A stretch of DNA of 64,000 nt from Octopus vulgaris (GCA_951406725.2 OX597836.1:33108001-33172000); one strand, 5' to 3'; positions 24,356-38,228 are shown, counted from the first letter of the stretch. Notes: generated by a model from the sequence alone, not told the origin. Numbers and translations are program-made.

Positions 24356-25534
24356 GAACAAATACTGCAAAGCATCCTGTCTGTTGGTCTAATGGCACCA
24401 TCCTCGTCTGGTAACTTTATTTTATCAACCACAGAAGTCTAAAAGACAAAGTGCACACCTCAGTGGGATTTGAACTTAGAATGCAGGGAATTGGAATAAA
24501 TACTGCAAGACAGGTCAGACACCCTAGTGTAGTGTTTATCTCATCTTTTATCTTTTTGTTTCTGTTTTCAAGGATTGAAGCCCAGTGGTTCTCAACCAGG
24601 GTCCTATAAACAATTTATCACAAACTTTAAATTTCTAGGTGCAATCCCATGGTCAGTCATGACCGAAGGGGGTCTCAGCATATCATCATCATATGCATAT
24701 GAGACCCTATGAAAAAATATCAATGATTTGTAGTGATATGGTATTTCGTTATGCAACCAAAATATGAAGTAGTATCAAAAAGTTCCCGGACTAGTTCTTT
24801 TTTCTTTATTGCCTGCAAGGGGCTAAACGTAGAGGGGACAAACAAGGACAGACAAAGGGATTAAGTTGATTACATCGACCCCAGTCTGCAACTAGTACTT
24901 AGTTATCAACCCCTGAAAGGATGAAAGGCAAAGTCGACCTCGGCGGAATTTGAACTCAGAACGTAGCGACAGAGGAAATACGCATTTCTTTACTACCCAC
25001 AAGGAGCTACACACAGGGAGGACAAATGGATTAAATTGATTACATCGACCCCAGTGCATAACTGGTACTTAATTTATCGACCCTGAAAGGATGAAAGGCA
25101 AAGTCGACCTCGGTGGTATTTGAACTCAGAACGTAAAGGCAGATGAAATACCGCTAAGCATTTCACCCGGCATGCTAAAGTTTCTGCCAGCTCGCCGCTT
25201 TAATAGTCCTTTCAAATCTAGGTGCACAGCCTGAAATTTGGGGGAGGTGGCTAGTTGATTACATCAACCCCAGTATTCAACTGGTACTTAATTTATCGAC
25301 CCCGAAAGGATGAAAGGCAAAGTCAACCTCGGCGGAATCTGAGCTCAGAACGTAATGGCAGACGAAATATTGTTAAGCATTTCGCCCAGCGTGCTAATGT
25401 TTCTGCCAACTAGTGTACCAACAGATGCAGTACATGGTCACATGCACAGTGAAAGCTAGCAATGACCTTTCATGAAGCAGTGTGCTACATAACACTGCTG
25501 TGTTTACTTCATAAGTTGTGAAATTTGTATTTTT

Positions 25535-25832
25535 AAGTTAAGTTAATTTAAATTTTTGGCTCAAAAAGCAAAAGGCAAGGCCATGTAGGGGGACATGGAG
25601 TTATGTACAGGGAGGGTGTTCATGCAAAGAGTTCAGGCCATTTCTGGTCAAGAGAGACTTTGAACCGAGCGGTCGTCGGCTTCTTCACTATCTCGTCCGG
25701 CAGCTTATTCCATGGATCCGCAACCCGGACGGAGAAAGCCTCTCTACTTCAATTGAGATGAAATCGTCGCAGATAGAGCTTTTCGGAGTGACCCCGCAGC
25801 CGATGCTCTGGAGCAGGAGTGAAGAACAGCTT
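25535..25832 (-). mobile_element. CR1-type LINE 3' fragment
   Basis: LRGHSEKLYLRRFHLN*SREAFSVRVADPWNKLPDEIV...FKVSLDQKWPELFA*, followed by a short tandem tail. Confidence 0.8.
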
Positions 25833-26550
25833 TTTTGAGAGGTGATCACTTGTATGCTGTAGCCTGTGATTTTGTCATGGACAGGAAACTGGAACAAAGA
25901 GCCAATGCGAAATTTTGTGTTCAACTTGGGAAGTCTGTTGCAGAGAAATTGAGCATGTTTTGGCAAGTTTATGGCAACAAGGTAATGGGTTGCACACAAT
26001 GTTTAGAGTGGCACAAACGCTTCAAAAGTGGAAGAATTTCCCTTGAAGTTGATGAGCAATGTGGAAGACCTTCCACAAGCATTACCTCCAGAAACGTGGT
26101 GTTGTGCATTGAAAATTCATCCCCCAGGGCCAGACAATTAATCGAGAGTTCTGCTGTGACATTTTGAAGTGTTTGAGAGAGGACATTCAACAAATGCGAC
26201 CGGATCTGTGGAGCACGAAGAATTGTATTCTTCATGATAATGCTCATTGTTACTGAGCTTTCCTCAGTCAGGAGTTTCTTGCCCCAAACATGATATCACT
26301 TTTGCACTGACCCTATCTGCCAGTGGACATCCGCTTTTTCTCCAAGATGAAAATGCAGCTGTTTTAATATTGTTGTCAAAATCCAGAGCAAATCGCAGAA
26401 GGTCCTTGACTTGCTTACATAAAACAACTTTCAGGCCGGATTGCAAAAGCGGTAGGAGCGCTCAGACCGGTGTACTGCTGTGCAAGGTGACTATTTCGAA
26501 GGAGATAATGTTAAAAAAAAACAACTTATTTTCATATGTTTTAACAATAA

Positions 26551-26875
26551 TAGGCGTAGGAGTGGCTGTGTGTTAAGTAGCTTGCTTACGAACCACATGG
26601 TTCCGGGTTCAGTCCCACTGCATGACACCTTGGGCAAGTGTCTTCTAGTATAGCCTCAGGCCGACCAAAGCCTTGTGAGTGGATTTGGGAGACTGAAACT
26701 GAAAGAAGCCCATTGTATATATGTATAAATATGTATGTGTTTGTGTTTGTCTCCTCAACATTGCTTGACAACCGATGCTGGTGTGTTTACGTCCCCGTAA
26801 CTTAGCGGTTCAGCAAAAAGAGACTGATAGAATAAGTACTAGGCTTACAAAGAATAAGTCCCGGGGTCGATTAAG
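26551..26875 (+). mobile_element. SINE family A copy (3' truncated)
   Basis: Matches the reverse complement of 20997-21403. Confidence 0.85.
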
Positions 26876-28099
26876 TAAAAAAAAAGAGTCCAAGAGATTT
26901 TTGATACCACCTCATACACAAAATATAATATTTAATTATAAAAATACAATATGTTGTTTGTAAACCTTGAATGGCTAGGAGGGTCCATCTCAATAACATA
27001 GGAATGAAAGGGGTCCATAGACAAGAAAAAATGGTTGACAACTACTGGTTTAGCCAAACAGCAATGAATAGTATTCAAAGCAATGATTCGTAACTTACTA
27101 AACCGGTATGCTTGAATCTCTTTAATAATTCACAATAATGACTTTTATTCCTACCTCAGTTCATCTAATTGTATATATCTTTCATTAATTTGCATAAAAA
27201 GCCTTTACTTTTTTTGATTTACAATGTGCATTTTCATTTATTTTTCTTACTTTCCCCTTACATTACCACATGTAGTTTCTATTTTCTTTTTGTAACATAT
27301 TTTTATTATATATAGCCAGCGCTGCATCGCCGGGCTCCGTGCCATTGGCACATAAAAAGCACCATCCGAGCATGGCCATTCGCCAGCCTTGTTTGGCACC
27401 TGTGTCGGTAGCACGTAAAAAGCACCCACCACACTCACGGAGTGGTTTGCATTAGGAAGGGCATCCAGCTGTAGAAACACCGCCAGATCTGACTGGGCCT
27501 GGTGCAGCCTTCGGGCTTCCCAGACCCCAGTTGAACCGTCCAACCCATGCTAGCATGGAAAGCGGACGTTAAACGATGATGATGTGTGTCTTTGTTTCTG
27601 TGTTTGTCCCCCATCACCACTTGGCAACTGGTGTTGGTATGTTTAAGTCCCTGTAACTTAGCAGTTCAGTAAAAGAGACTGAAAGAATAAGTACTAGGCT
27701 TAAATAATTCCAGGGGTCGATTTGTTTGACTAAAACCCTTCAAGGTGGGTGCCTTAGCATGGCTGCAGTCAAATGACTGAAACAAGCAAAAGAACATGTA
27801 ATTTTTATAGTGTTTGCATGTCATATTTCCTAAGGTAAGGGAACCCTGGTATTCATATGTATATAAGGGACCCTGTGAAAAAATATTAATGACCTGTAGG
27901 AATATGGTATTTTGTTACGCAACCAAAATATTCTATAAAGTATATTAAACAATTTTATAAGTCAATATCATGTTCTACTGTGTTAGCTGTGTGCTTTACA
28001 TAATTTGTTAAGGTTAAAACATCTATAGAATATCAGAAAAATTAGTCTAAATAGGGAATTTAATGTAAAGAAGGACTTGTTTATGCCAAAATGCTTTAA

Positions 28100-28315
28100 C
28101 CCTTTCGTTACTGTATTTATTTTGAGATGCTATCTGTTTCTTTCATTTACTTTAAATATAACAAAGAATTTAGTAAAACAACTATCATTCAGCTAGTGTT
28201 AGTAACATAAATTGTTACTAAGGTTTGGTGGGAGATTTTAATTAAAACCTTAAGAAAACAAGACATTTGTACAACAGAGCCAGAGCCGGTTTCAGCTGGG
28301 TTGGTAATGAAAGGG
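28100..28315. mobile_element. piggyBac-type MITE
   Basis: TTAA|CCCTTTCGTTAC ... GTAATGAAAGGG|TTAA; second copy at about 38502-38720. Confidence 0.85.
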
Positions 28316-30392
28316 TTAAAGTTTCTTCATGGCATCTACTAAACCGTCCAAAGACAGCTTACACATCTCTATTTCAAGAGTAAAATGGTCGGAAAATTCT
28401 GCCCTCATGAATCTACCAATTCCCTGGTTAAAGAATTTAAAATCCATCCATCTTCTCCACTCACTGGTCCTGGAAGGTGGTGGTGGTGTAGGGTCCCCTG
28501 GATTCCTAAGCATGACCAACTGAGACTATGGGTATTATCCAGCCTTCTCAATCTTGGTCTACCCCCAGGCCTCCTGCAAATTGGTTTGACTTTGATGAAT
28601 CTGTTTTGCGATTCTTTCCTACATGTTAACTACATGTCTGTCATACTGGAACTGCGAGACCTCAGGGCAGACATGTAGCAACTTGACTTTCTAAATCAAT
28701 TATCTTTCTGATCTTCAAGCTATGTACCCCCCGTTAAGTAACATTACTCCTACAGAGCTTTTCAAGCAATGGTTTCTCAACTGGGGGTCCACGTGACAAA
28801 ATAGTAAACTGGGTGTCCACAATAGTATTTAAGGGGCCCCTGAAGAAATTTTGCTTTAGATGTATGTATTGTTAGGTATTGCAAGAAACAGCTTGATTCC
28901 TTTTCCTGACATTTTACATAGATCACATGCCACAAGCACAAGTGCTAGTAAGGCAATGCAGGTAAAATTATTTAGATTGTTTCATAACTGAAGAGCATGT
29001 GTCATTTATGAATTTATACACACCAAATACAATGTGAAAATACAAAATGGGAATTTTGAGAGAAGTTTCTTCAAAACTAATTTTTAAACAAATGACTATG
29101 GAGTGGTCCACCAGAACAAAATAGTAATCATGGTTGAGAACCCTTGCTTTATCCCTTTCGCGTTCAGATTTCTTTGTCGAATGTGATGCTTATTTATTTA
29201 TATTGTTTTGAATTGATCATGGATTATGTCACAGCTTCGAGGTTTTGATGATGTGCTTGCATACTTTCCCAGTGACATTCTAGGATAGGTAGAAGGGGTT
29301 GGATCTGTTTGGTTTTCACATAGAACAAACAAAATATTTTGGTCAGATGTGGCCAGTTTAAATACCTGTCTTGTAATACATACATCTAAAAAGGAAGCGA
29401 GCTGGCAGAAATGTTAGCAGTGTTTCTTGTCTCTCTGTTCTGAGTTCAAATTCCGCCAAGGTTGACTTTGCCTTTCATCCTTTTGGGGTTGATAAATTAA
29501 GTACCAGTTGCGTACTGGAGCCGATGTAATCGACTGGCCCCTTCCCCAAAATTTTGGGCCTTGTGCCTAGAGTAGAAAATAAATCTAAAGAAAAATACCT
29601 TGTAGCTTAGTGATTCTCATGAGGAAACTTAATTTTTAAAATTATATTGTAGGGTTGGTGTGAGAGGCCAGATCTGGCAGGTTTAAAAGGAACCCCGTTT
29701 TGGCTGCTTGTGTTTGCAATCACACTCTTAATTTCACAATTCCTTCCTTTGACCCCACAAAGTGGAGAAGTAGTGGCCTCAACCTAGAGAGACTCCTTAA
29801 TCTCTGAGTTATGCACCCTGTCAAGTAATGTTACTTCAGATACCCTTCAGAGGGATCCCATTTTGGCCTCTTGTATTCACGATCATTCTCTTTCCGGTCA
29901 TTACCCACATTCATGCTCATGGTCACTGAAACCAAATTGAAGAGAGGGAGTTTTTTACCAACAACCTCTGCTTCTGAATACTGAATGCTGGAGTTGGCAT
30001 ATTGTGCAATTCTGGAATTCAATTGAATCTCCTCTTTTGAGGACGGGGATCAGGTGCAATTTAAAACAAGAAAATTGCAGCAAAGCTGTGTGATAGTAGT
30101 GTCAGACGTGTCATGAAAACCATCATATAACTAGTTTTATTTTTCTCTTCCGTTTTACTTTGATGTGTGTATTGCATGTTCATGCTTTGCTGTTCCTATG
30201 CAAAACTGTTTACAGATCACAACCATCTCATGAACCTGCGGTGGTGAAACAATGGTTTCGAATTTTGGCACAATGCCACCACTTTTAGGAGGAGGGAAAT
30301 AGTCAATTACATTGACCCCAGTGCTCAACTGGTACTTATTTTACTGATCCTGAAAGGCAAAGTCAAACTCAGAATGTAAACAGTTAAAATAA

Positions 30393-31153
30393 ATTCTACA
30401 AAGCATAGAATATATATTATTATACAAGAAAAAAATTAGGTGTGTATAAATTCATAAATGACAGATTGTTTCATAACTTAAAATAAATTCTGCTATTTTG
30501 TCCGATGCGTTAACAACTCTGTTAACATGCCTCCTGCCTTTTAAGAAATTTAAAATAACGACATTGGAAAATTATTCCCATTTCCACTGGGGCATTTAAA
30601 TTGTTTCACAACTTAAACATGTAAATAATTCTTTACATGTCAGCATTAACGCAAAATGCAAAAAATCCTTCGAAATAATGCAGATGTGTAATTTATTTAT
30701 TTATTATTAAATTCATCATCGTTGTTTAACGTCCGCTTTCCATGCTAGCATGGGTTGGACGATTTGACTGAGGTCTGGCAAACCAGATAGCTGCACCAAA
30801 GCTCCAATCTTGATCTAGCAGAGTTTCTACAGCTGGATGTCCTTCCTAATGCCAACCACTATGAGAATGTAGTGGGTGCTTTTACGTGCCACTGGCACGA
30901 GGGCCAGTCTGGTGGTATTGGCAACAACCAAGCTCAAATAGTACTTTTAATGTACCACCTGCACAGGAGCCAGTCCAGCGGCACTGGCAACCACCAGGCT
31001 CAGATGTTTTTTCATGTGCCACAAGTACCAGTAAGGCAACGCAGGTAAAATTACTTACATGTTCTTAAGTTATGAAACAATCTGTCATTTATGAATTTAT
31101 ACACACCTAATTTTTTTCTTGTATAATAATATATATTCTATGCTTTGTAGAAT
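30393..31153. repeat. 89-bp perfect inverted duplication (30393-30481 / 31065-31153)
   Basis: The two arms are exact reverse complements by eye. Confidence 0.92.
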
Positions 31154-31639
31154 GATACATTAAGGAGCTTCTTTTTATGAGTAGAACCAGATTACCTGAA
31201 TCCATATATGTGTGACAGAAGCAATATTATTAGCGAAAGGTAATATTTATCCCCCACCTGGATGTGGATGTCCTGTTATAAACAAACTGTTCCGTGGTTC
31301 ATGGTAACCACTGCAGTATAGTTTTAATGGAATGTCCACATTTATTTATTTCTTTATTGCACACAAAGGGCTAAACATAGAAGGGCCAAACAAGGACAGA
31401 CAAAGGGCTTAAGTCAATTACATCGACCCCACTGCATAACTGGTGCTTAATTTATCGGCTCTGAAAGGATGAAAGGCAAAGTCGACCACGGTGGTATTTG
31501 AACTCAGAACACAATGGCAGATGAAATACCGTTAAGCATTTCACCTGGCGTGCTAATGATTCTGCCAGGTAATATTTGTCACTAATGGAGGCAAATATTA
31601 CCTCTCATTATATATATATATATATATATATAGTTGATG

Positions 31640-33338
31640 TAGTGCTAGATATACTGTGCCTGCAAAAAAAAAAAAAGGGAGGGGTGATAGTTGCAGCTGG
31701 TAAACCTTTAGGTTGGTCCCGTAGCTTTCTTTAGCTCAACCAACAAACTACAAAAAAATAAAGAAACAAACAGACACACTAGCTGTCGCTCCGCTTAGCT
31801 GTATTTGGGTGTTTTTTTCTTTTTTTTTTTTTTCAGCTGATGAATAACAAATGAACATGCCAAAAAAAAAAAAAAAAAATAATAAAAAATAGTACTGTAC
31901 AAATATATTTTTTTTATACATATGACAGTAATTGTTATTTTTTGTTTTTAGTGTTTTTTGTTTTTTTCTTTCTTTTTTTTTTTCTTTTTAATACCAGAGA
32001 GGAAAAATACACAGAGTCCATTCCATTGAGGTTATTAACTCTTAACGGAAAAGCACTCCTTGTCTTGAAATTCAACTGCATCCAAAAAAATTCTACATAT
32101 CACGAAGAAATCAGTCAATACATAGGAGCAAACAATCTCAATTAACATTATTATTATTATTGTTATCATCATCGTTATTATTTTTATTATGATCATCATC
32201 GTTATTGTTGTTGTTTTCTCATTTTTTTTTTGTTTCGTTTTCATAATGGTGGATTTTATTTTTTTATTATTTTAAAATCATTTTTGTCTTGTCTTTTATT
32301 ATTAATTTTTTTTTTTTTACATTTCTTTATAATTTTTTTTTATATCCCTTTGTTTTGTTTTTTTTTAAATTTCGTCTTTCCTTCGACTTTTCTTCATAAT
32401 TTCTCTTTCGTAAATTTTATTTTATTTTTTTTTTTCATAAATTTTAAAAATTTCTTTGGAAGTGTGGAGTGAGAGGGGTGGGAGGGAGGGGGTGACATGA
32501 CAGGGCGGGGCGGGGCAGGATGAGGGAGTCAGGTAGTGGCACAAAGATGTGATAATAATAATAATAACCCCAGAGTTTCTTCTGGTTTTCGACTCTGTTC
32601 ATGTTGTTGATGTTAGTGCCATTTTATTCTTTTAGGGGTTTTAATGAAACATTCTTTAATCCTTAAGGGTCATCAAATTAAAATCAAACCATGCCCTTTC
32701 TTGGTTTTTGATCATGTTTTTTAAGGATTGTGGAAGGTAGACAGAGAAGGGAAGCAGGGATGAAGGTCAAACGAGGATGATGGTCAAGAATTTAATATCA
32801 GGCATGAGTTCCATTTGACAGGAGAAATGGAGGTTGAGGCAGAAGGGGTGGGTTTGTACCTCAGCTTTTTTTCTTTTTTTTACTCCTCTTTGTTGTTCTT
32901 ATTCACTCCCATTTGTGCCATAACCCTTCCCCCCACCCCAAACATGAAAAAAAAAAAAAAAAAGAAAACTGTCCCACTGGAAAGAGTAACTTGGAATTGG
33001 ATGTATGGATGTTAGGGTGAGTTGGGGGAAGAGTGAACAGGGCCTGGTCTGGTCAGGTCAGGTCAGGTCAAAAGTGGATGAAGGAGTTGTGGAATTGAGA
33101 GAAATGTTGAATTTGAGTGAAAGATGGAGTGAGGTGAAGAATGGTTGAAGTAATGTGAGAGGTTAAGGCTAATCCCCCCCCCCAAAAAAAAACAAAAACA
33201 AGGGACCACTATGATAGGGTAGAGTAGCTACAAGTAATCTCCTTTACCCCCCAAGTATATGCAGGGGTAGCAAAGGAGAAGAAGAGTGATAAAGTAAAAA
33301 ACAAAATTTTCCTTGGACACAATATGTGTATATATGTC

Positions 33339-33369
<31 letters not shown>

Positions 33370-36300
33370 AGGTCATATGTCTTATCATGGAGATTATATA
33401 TATATACACACACATCACATACATATATGCATGTGTTTCTATATACCTCTACTGAGTGGGCTATTACTTAGAGAGAGACAATGATAGGAGCACTATGGCT
33501 TATGCACGTTCATATATAATAAAGACCCATGTTGATGTATGTAATAAGTTTCAATGGGTCCGTTAGGTGAAGCCAGGTCGCCCTCATCAGAAGAAAACGA
33601 CAGGTGATTGGAGATGTGATATGTCAGTTTCAAAATATAAATTTCAAACTCTTTGTATTGAGTTCTTTTGCCTTTAGTTTGTAGACAAATGCATTTACTT
33701 AATTGTGAGTGTGTGTTTGTTATCTCCCCACCACTTTTCTTTCTTTTGCCACTCCTTTTCCTGATGAAGTGCTAGTGTCCAAAACATTAAGGATCCTTTC
33801 CCTTTTCTTTTAAGCGTTAGACTAATAACACCTTTGCTAAATCTTGTCTCTCGTGTTTTTTGGTCATTTATCATTTATACACACACACACACACACATAC
33901 TCATTAGGTCAATGTAAAGCAAAGATTACAAAGAACTGCTGTTGTTTGCCAATTGTCAGTTCACAACACACATGTAGCATTTTTTTTAGAACTCTACCCT
34001 ACAAAGAGAGAAACAGCAGTGTAATCTTAAGAGGATGCTTTGATAAAACAGCAATAACTAATTGAATCAGAGTGGTCTTAAAAATTTGCTTTGCTGAGAG
34101 AGAGAGAGAGTCCCATTGTTTAACTCGTAAGTCTGAATGTTTTGTTATATCTTGGGAGGGCCATTATGCCAATAACACACATACACTGGTTCAATTTCAC
34201 TTCTTTATTATTAGAAAACTATTTAGTTGTTTAACCAACTAACTAATAATAAGGAAGTGAAATTGGACCCACATGTGTGTTTATTATTTACACAACGACC
34301 CTCCAAAAATACAAAATTTGTTTTGAGACATGATTTCATATCAAGAATATTGCAAGCCTAATACATAAAAAAAAACTGCTGCTTCAGTTTTTAGCTAATT
34401 AGGGTCATCCCCCAATGCTGCCACTTTTGAGTGCATTTGGGTGATTCTGACCATGAAATAATATCACAGGAAATCTAAATTTCCTGATATTCTTCTATTA
34501 AGACAGATAAGACACATATAACAATGATGTCATGAAGCATGGATTAATGGTTAGGGTATTCAGCTCATGATCCTGAGGGTGTGAGTTCGATTCCTGGTGG
34601 TGTGCCATATCCTTGAGTAAAAACCCTTTATTTCATGCTGGCAAAAATGAGTAATACCTGTATTTCAAAGGGGCCAGCCTTGTCACATTCTGTATGTGAC
34701 ACTGAATCTCCCTGAGAACTACATTGAAGGGAGTTGTGTCTGTGGAGTACTCAGCCACTTGCATGTTAACTTCACGAGCAGGCTGTTCCCTCGATCGGAT
34801 CAACAGGAACCCTCATTGTCTTAACTGACAGAGTACTGATCTGTCAACAATTTTAGGTGTAAGGGTTATTTCCAGAAAACCTTTAGGTGTAAATGTTATA
34901 TCCAGAAAATCTTTGGCGCTTCTAATTGGCACCAGTCTAGTAAAGTTTGATCCAAACCAATCTAGAATGAACCCTGTTCTAAACTGTTCTGTCCAGACAA
35001 TTTGCATTTCATCTTGTGCATTTTTTGTGTCTAGCTATTGTTTAAAAGTTTTTACAAAAATACCCATTATTATTTTTATTGGAGAAATGTTAAAATAGCA
35101 GAATTTTGGATACAATGCCCTATTTTGTTATTTACATGTTCCTCTTTATGATCTTCAAATTCTTCGGGGTTTGAAATTTAGAACATAGCAGTAATCTAAT
35201 ATCAACAAAACTAAGACCAAAAATGATGGAATATATGATATGGTCATCCCTCGTGTATATGTGGGTGCATGTATACAAATATATGTATATTATATATCTC
35301 CTTGTTTTTCTTTTTTAAATCTAATCAACCCTCTCAATGCACCTCTTTCCCCACCAAGAAAATAAATTTTTAAAATTTAGCTACCTTGGGTTTTTGCCAG
35401 ATATATTATTAATAATAATAGTTATTGTTATTATTCTTAACAAGCTGGCAGAATTGTGAGCAAGTTGGATGCATATAATCTGAGTTCATTGCTTAGACTT
35501 AATGTACATTAAGTTCATTAAAGTTGAACTTAAGCAAAATAATTCTCCCAAAATTCTACCTTGGGGTCAGCAATTCGAAAGGAGAAGGCAAGTTGATTAC
35601 ATCAACCACAGAACATCACTGGTACTTTATCTTATCAACTGCCCCCGCTTCCCCGAGAGAATGATAAGCCAAGTTAACATTGGCAGACTTTGAACGCAGA
35701 AAAATTGGTACAAAGCAATTTGTTCTGCAGCACTAATGATTCTGTCGGCTTACATATTAAAATTAATAATAATAATAAGTTTATCATCCAACATAGTTTT
35801 GTTGACAGTTTACTGCTAAGGGTAAAAGATGTTGGAATATGTGCTATGGTCACCATGCATGTGGGTGTATGTATGTACGTATATATATATTTATCAAATA
35901 CACATATGTTGTTTGTTTGTTGGTAGGGATCAATGAAAAAGTACTCAATCCAGTGAAAGATAAATATCATTTAATAGAAACAGGATTTATATTTGTGATT
36001 TGTATTTCTATTCATAGGACACAGTGTGCTATACAAGTTCCTCTGAATACTGCACCATCGTACCATGAAACTTAAAGTCGCTCACATAAAAATAAACCCT
36101 GTTGTTATTAAATGATATATAACACATACTCTAAAACAATTTATCATGAGAAAGAGAAGAACAAAAAAAAAAGAGTGCAATGATGGTGGGGGAGATGTTG
36201 AGGGGGAGGCCACAAGAGGACAAGAATGGTGGTAGGAAGTGTATGAGATGATAAAAAGGATGTGGGGGAGGGGTGAAGTTGTGAGCAAATCTGATGGACT

Positions 36301-36521
36301 TGGGGGCGTAGAGATGGGTCGCATGGAGAGGGGGTGGGGGCGAGGGTAAACGGGTAGTGGGGGAGAATAGCTGCTGCTGCTGATACTGTCGTGAATGGTA
36401 GTGCTGGCGGCAGCAGCAGCAGGAGTCAAGGCTGCAAAGCTGCTGGTTTGTGGTGAAGGAACAACCCCCCCTCCTGCACCTGCCCAATCACCCACCCACC
36501 CCACTTCCTGGAACCAAGTTG
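31640..36521 (-). other. probable eya 3' UTR region (extent uncertain)
   Basis: Follows the eya stop. 36080-36521 and 31640-33300 are unique low-complexity sequence with long homopolymer runs. The 3' end cannot be fixed from sequence. Confidence 0.35.
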
Positions 36522-36602
36522 CTAGAGGTAACTGAGTTCCAGAGCATGGTGCAGGGCTGCCAGATCGGAATGGTTCGAGATCCGCCAAAATGGCCAGTTC
36601 AT
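36522..36602 (-). CDS. eya: eyes absent terminal coding exon (81 nt including TAG)
   Basis: MNWPFWRISNHSDLAALHHALELSYL*, the typical EYA C-terminus; acceptor ttttctag; reading frame continuous across all seven exons. Confidence 0.97.
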   Translation of the reverse strand: MNWPFWRISNHSDLAALHHALELSYL

Positions 36603-36697
36603 CTAGAAAAGAATGAAACAAAAAAAAAAGAAAAATTAATTAACATAAAACAAAAAATATTAATTTAAGACCTAAACAAATCCAAAAATCAACATAC

Positions 36698-37103
36698 TCT
36701 CTCTTTTTACTTGTTTCAGTCATTTGACTGCGGCCATGCTGGAGCACCGCCTTTAGTCGAGCAAATCGACCCCGGGACTTATTCTTTGTAAGCCCAGTAC
36801 TTATTCTATCGGTCTCTTTTTGCCGAACCGCTAAGTGACGGGGACGTAAACACACCAGCATCGGTTGTCAAGCAATGCTAGGGGGACAAATACAGACACA
36901 CAAACATATACACATACACACTTATATACATATATATACGACAGGCTTCTTTCAGTTTCCGTCTACCAAATCCACTCACAAGGCATTGGTCGGCCCGGGG
37001 CTATAGCAGAAGACACTTGCTCAAGATGCCACGCAGTGAGACTGAACCCGGAACCATGTGGTTGGTTAGCAAGCTACTTACCACACAGCCACTCCTGCGC
37101 CTA
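36698..37103 (-). mobile_element. SINE family A in last eya intron
   Basis: Full-length, near identical to 20997-21403. Confidence 0.9.
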
Positions 37104-37744
37104 TAATTATATCTCTTATATAAAATCCATTCTGTCTGTGTGTCTTATCGGATCTCGGGCATCCTCCATCTGATTGCACTCAAATTTCATATGTAGATAC
37201 CAACGGTATCAGGGCATGTATAAGTCTTGAAAAAATTACAAAAATCGATTCCAGGTGAGAATGTGATCGATAAAGCTGTTTTTGTCCTACTTTTCTTTAG
37301 TCAACCTGTACCTTCCATTTTTTGTCGTTTTGTACTGCTTAAAGGCACGTTTCTTTCCTGCCAAGCTTACTGTTTAAACCATGTTTGTGTTCTCCCAGTC
37401 AACAGCCTTATCATTACTGGTGCTTTAAACTCTTCGGTTGCATAATCGTTTTTCTTTGGAATAGAAAACAAGTCTATCTTTATTTGATGAAGGGGAATTT
37501 TCCTTGTATTGTTTGTCTTGTACTCTGTTTTTTTTTTTGTTAAAAAAAGTCCGTTTCCTTGTTTGATTTTATGTTTTCGTTTCTCGTTGCGTTCTACGTT
37601 TATTTGTTGTGTCCTGTACTCATATATGCCTGTATACATACATGTAGATGTAGGTAGATGTAGGTATGTACATATATGTATGTTTTATTTATTTATTAAA
37701 TTGTTATTATATGACTGAACGCACGCGTTGTTTTCTCTTCTTCA

Positions 37745-38052
37745 AGTAAGTTTATATATATATATATATAGGTGTATGTATGTATGTATTTGTGTGTGTG
37801 TATATGTTTGTGTGTGTATTTGTGTGTGTGTGTGTGTGTGTATGTGTGTATATGTATGTATTTGTGTATGTATGTGTATGTGTGTGTATGTATGTGTGTG
37901 TATGTATGTGTGTGTATGTGTATATATGTGTGTGTATGTGTGTATATGTATGTATATATATGTATGTATATGTGTGTGTGTGTATTTATGTATGTATATT
38001 TACATGGATGTATGTGTGTGTATGTATATATACACACACACACACACACACT
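37745..38052. repeat. compound (TG/TA)n microsatellite
   Basis: Dinucleotide tract; others at 9090-9335, 9940-10045, 21825-22110, 54820-55260, 55535-55930, 58230-58690. Confidence 0.95.
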
Positions 38053-38127
38053 CACAGGTGTGTGAGTTTGTATACTATTTACAGGTGTAGAGAATTGAAT
38101 GTGCAGGTGAGAGATGGAAGTCATTAC

Positions 38128-38228
38128 CTGTTTAGCAGCAGCTTCTTCATCCCGACCATCACCAACGACAACGTAGGTACACTTCCGCCCAAATCGAGAT
38201 ACTATTCTTTCAAAACAGCTTTCTTTTC
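38128..38228 (-). CDS. eya: eyes absent exon (101 nt), HAD GDGxDEE motif
   Basis: [33 protein letters not shown]; acceptor ctccttag, donor GTAATG. Confidence 0.97.

Larger units (their letters stand above)
24765..26914 (+). mobile_element. degraded mariner transposon with nested SINEs and LINE fragment
   Basis: TA-flanked TIRs TGAAGTAGTATCAAAAAGTTCCCGGACT / AGTCCAAGAGATTTTTGATACCACCTCA; transposase remnant MDRKLEQRANAKFCVQLGKS...EWHKRFKSGR...GRPSTS and ILHDNA at 25877-26245. Confidence 0.85.
24583..27047. mobile_element. hAT-type MITE hosting a mariner insertion
   Basis: CAGTGGTTCTCAACC ... GGTTGACAACTACTG termini. Confidence 0.6.

Noticed and set aside
36082-36621. 179-aa minus-strand ORF overlapping the last eya exon
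   Set aside because: It is a different frame from the EYA C-terminus and reads through low-complexity 3' UTR.
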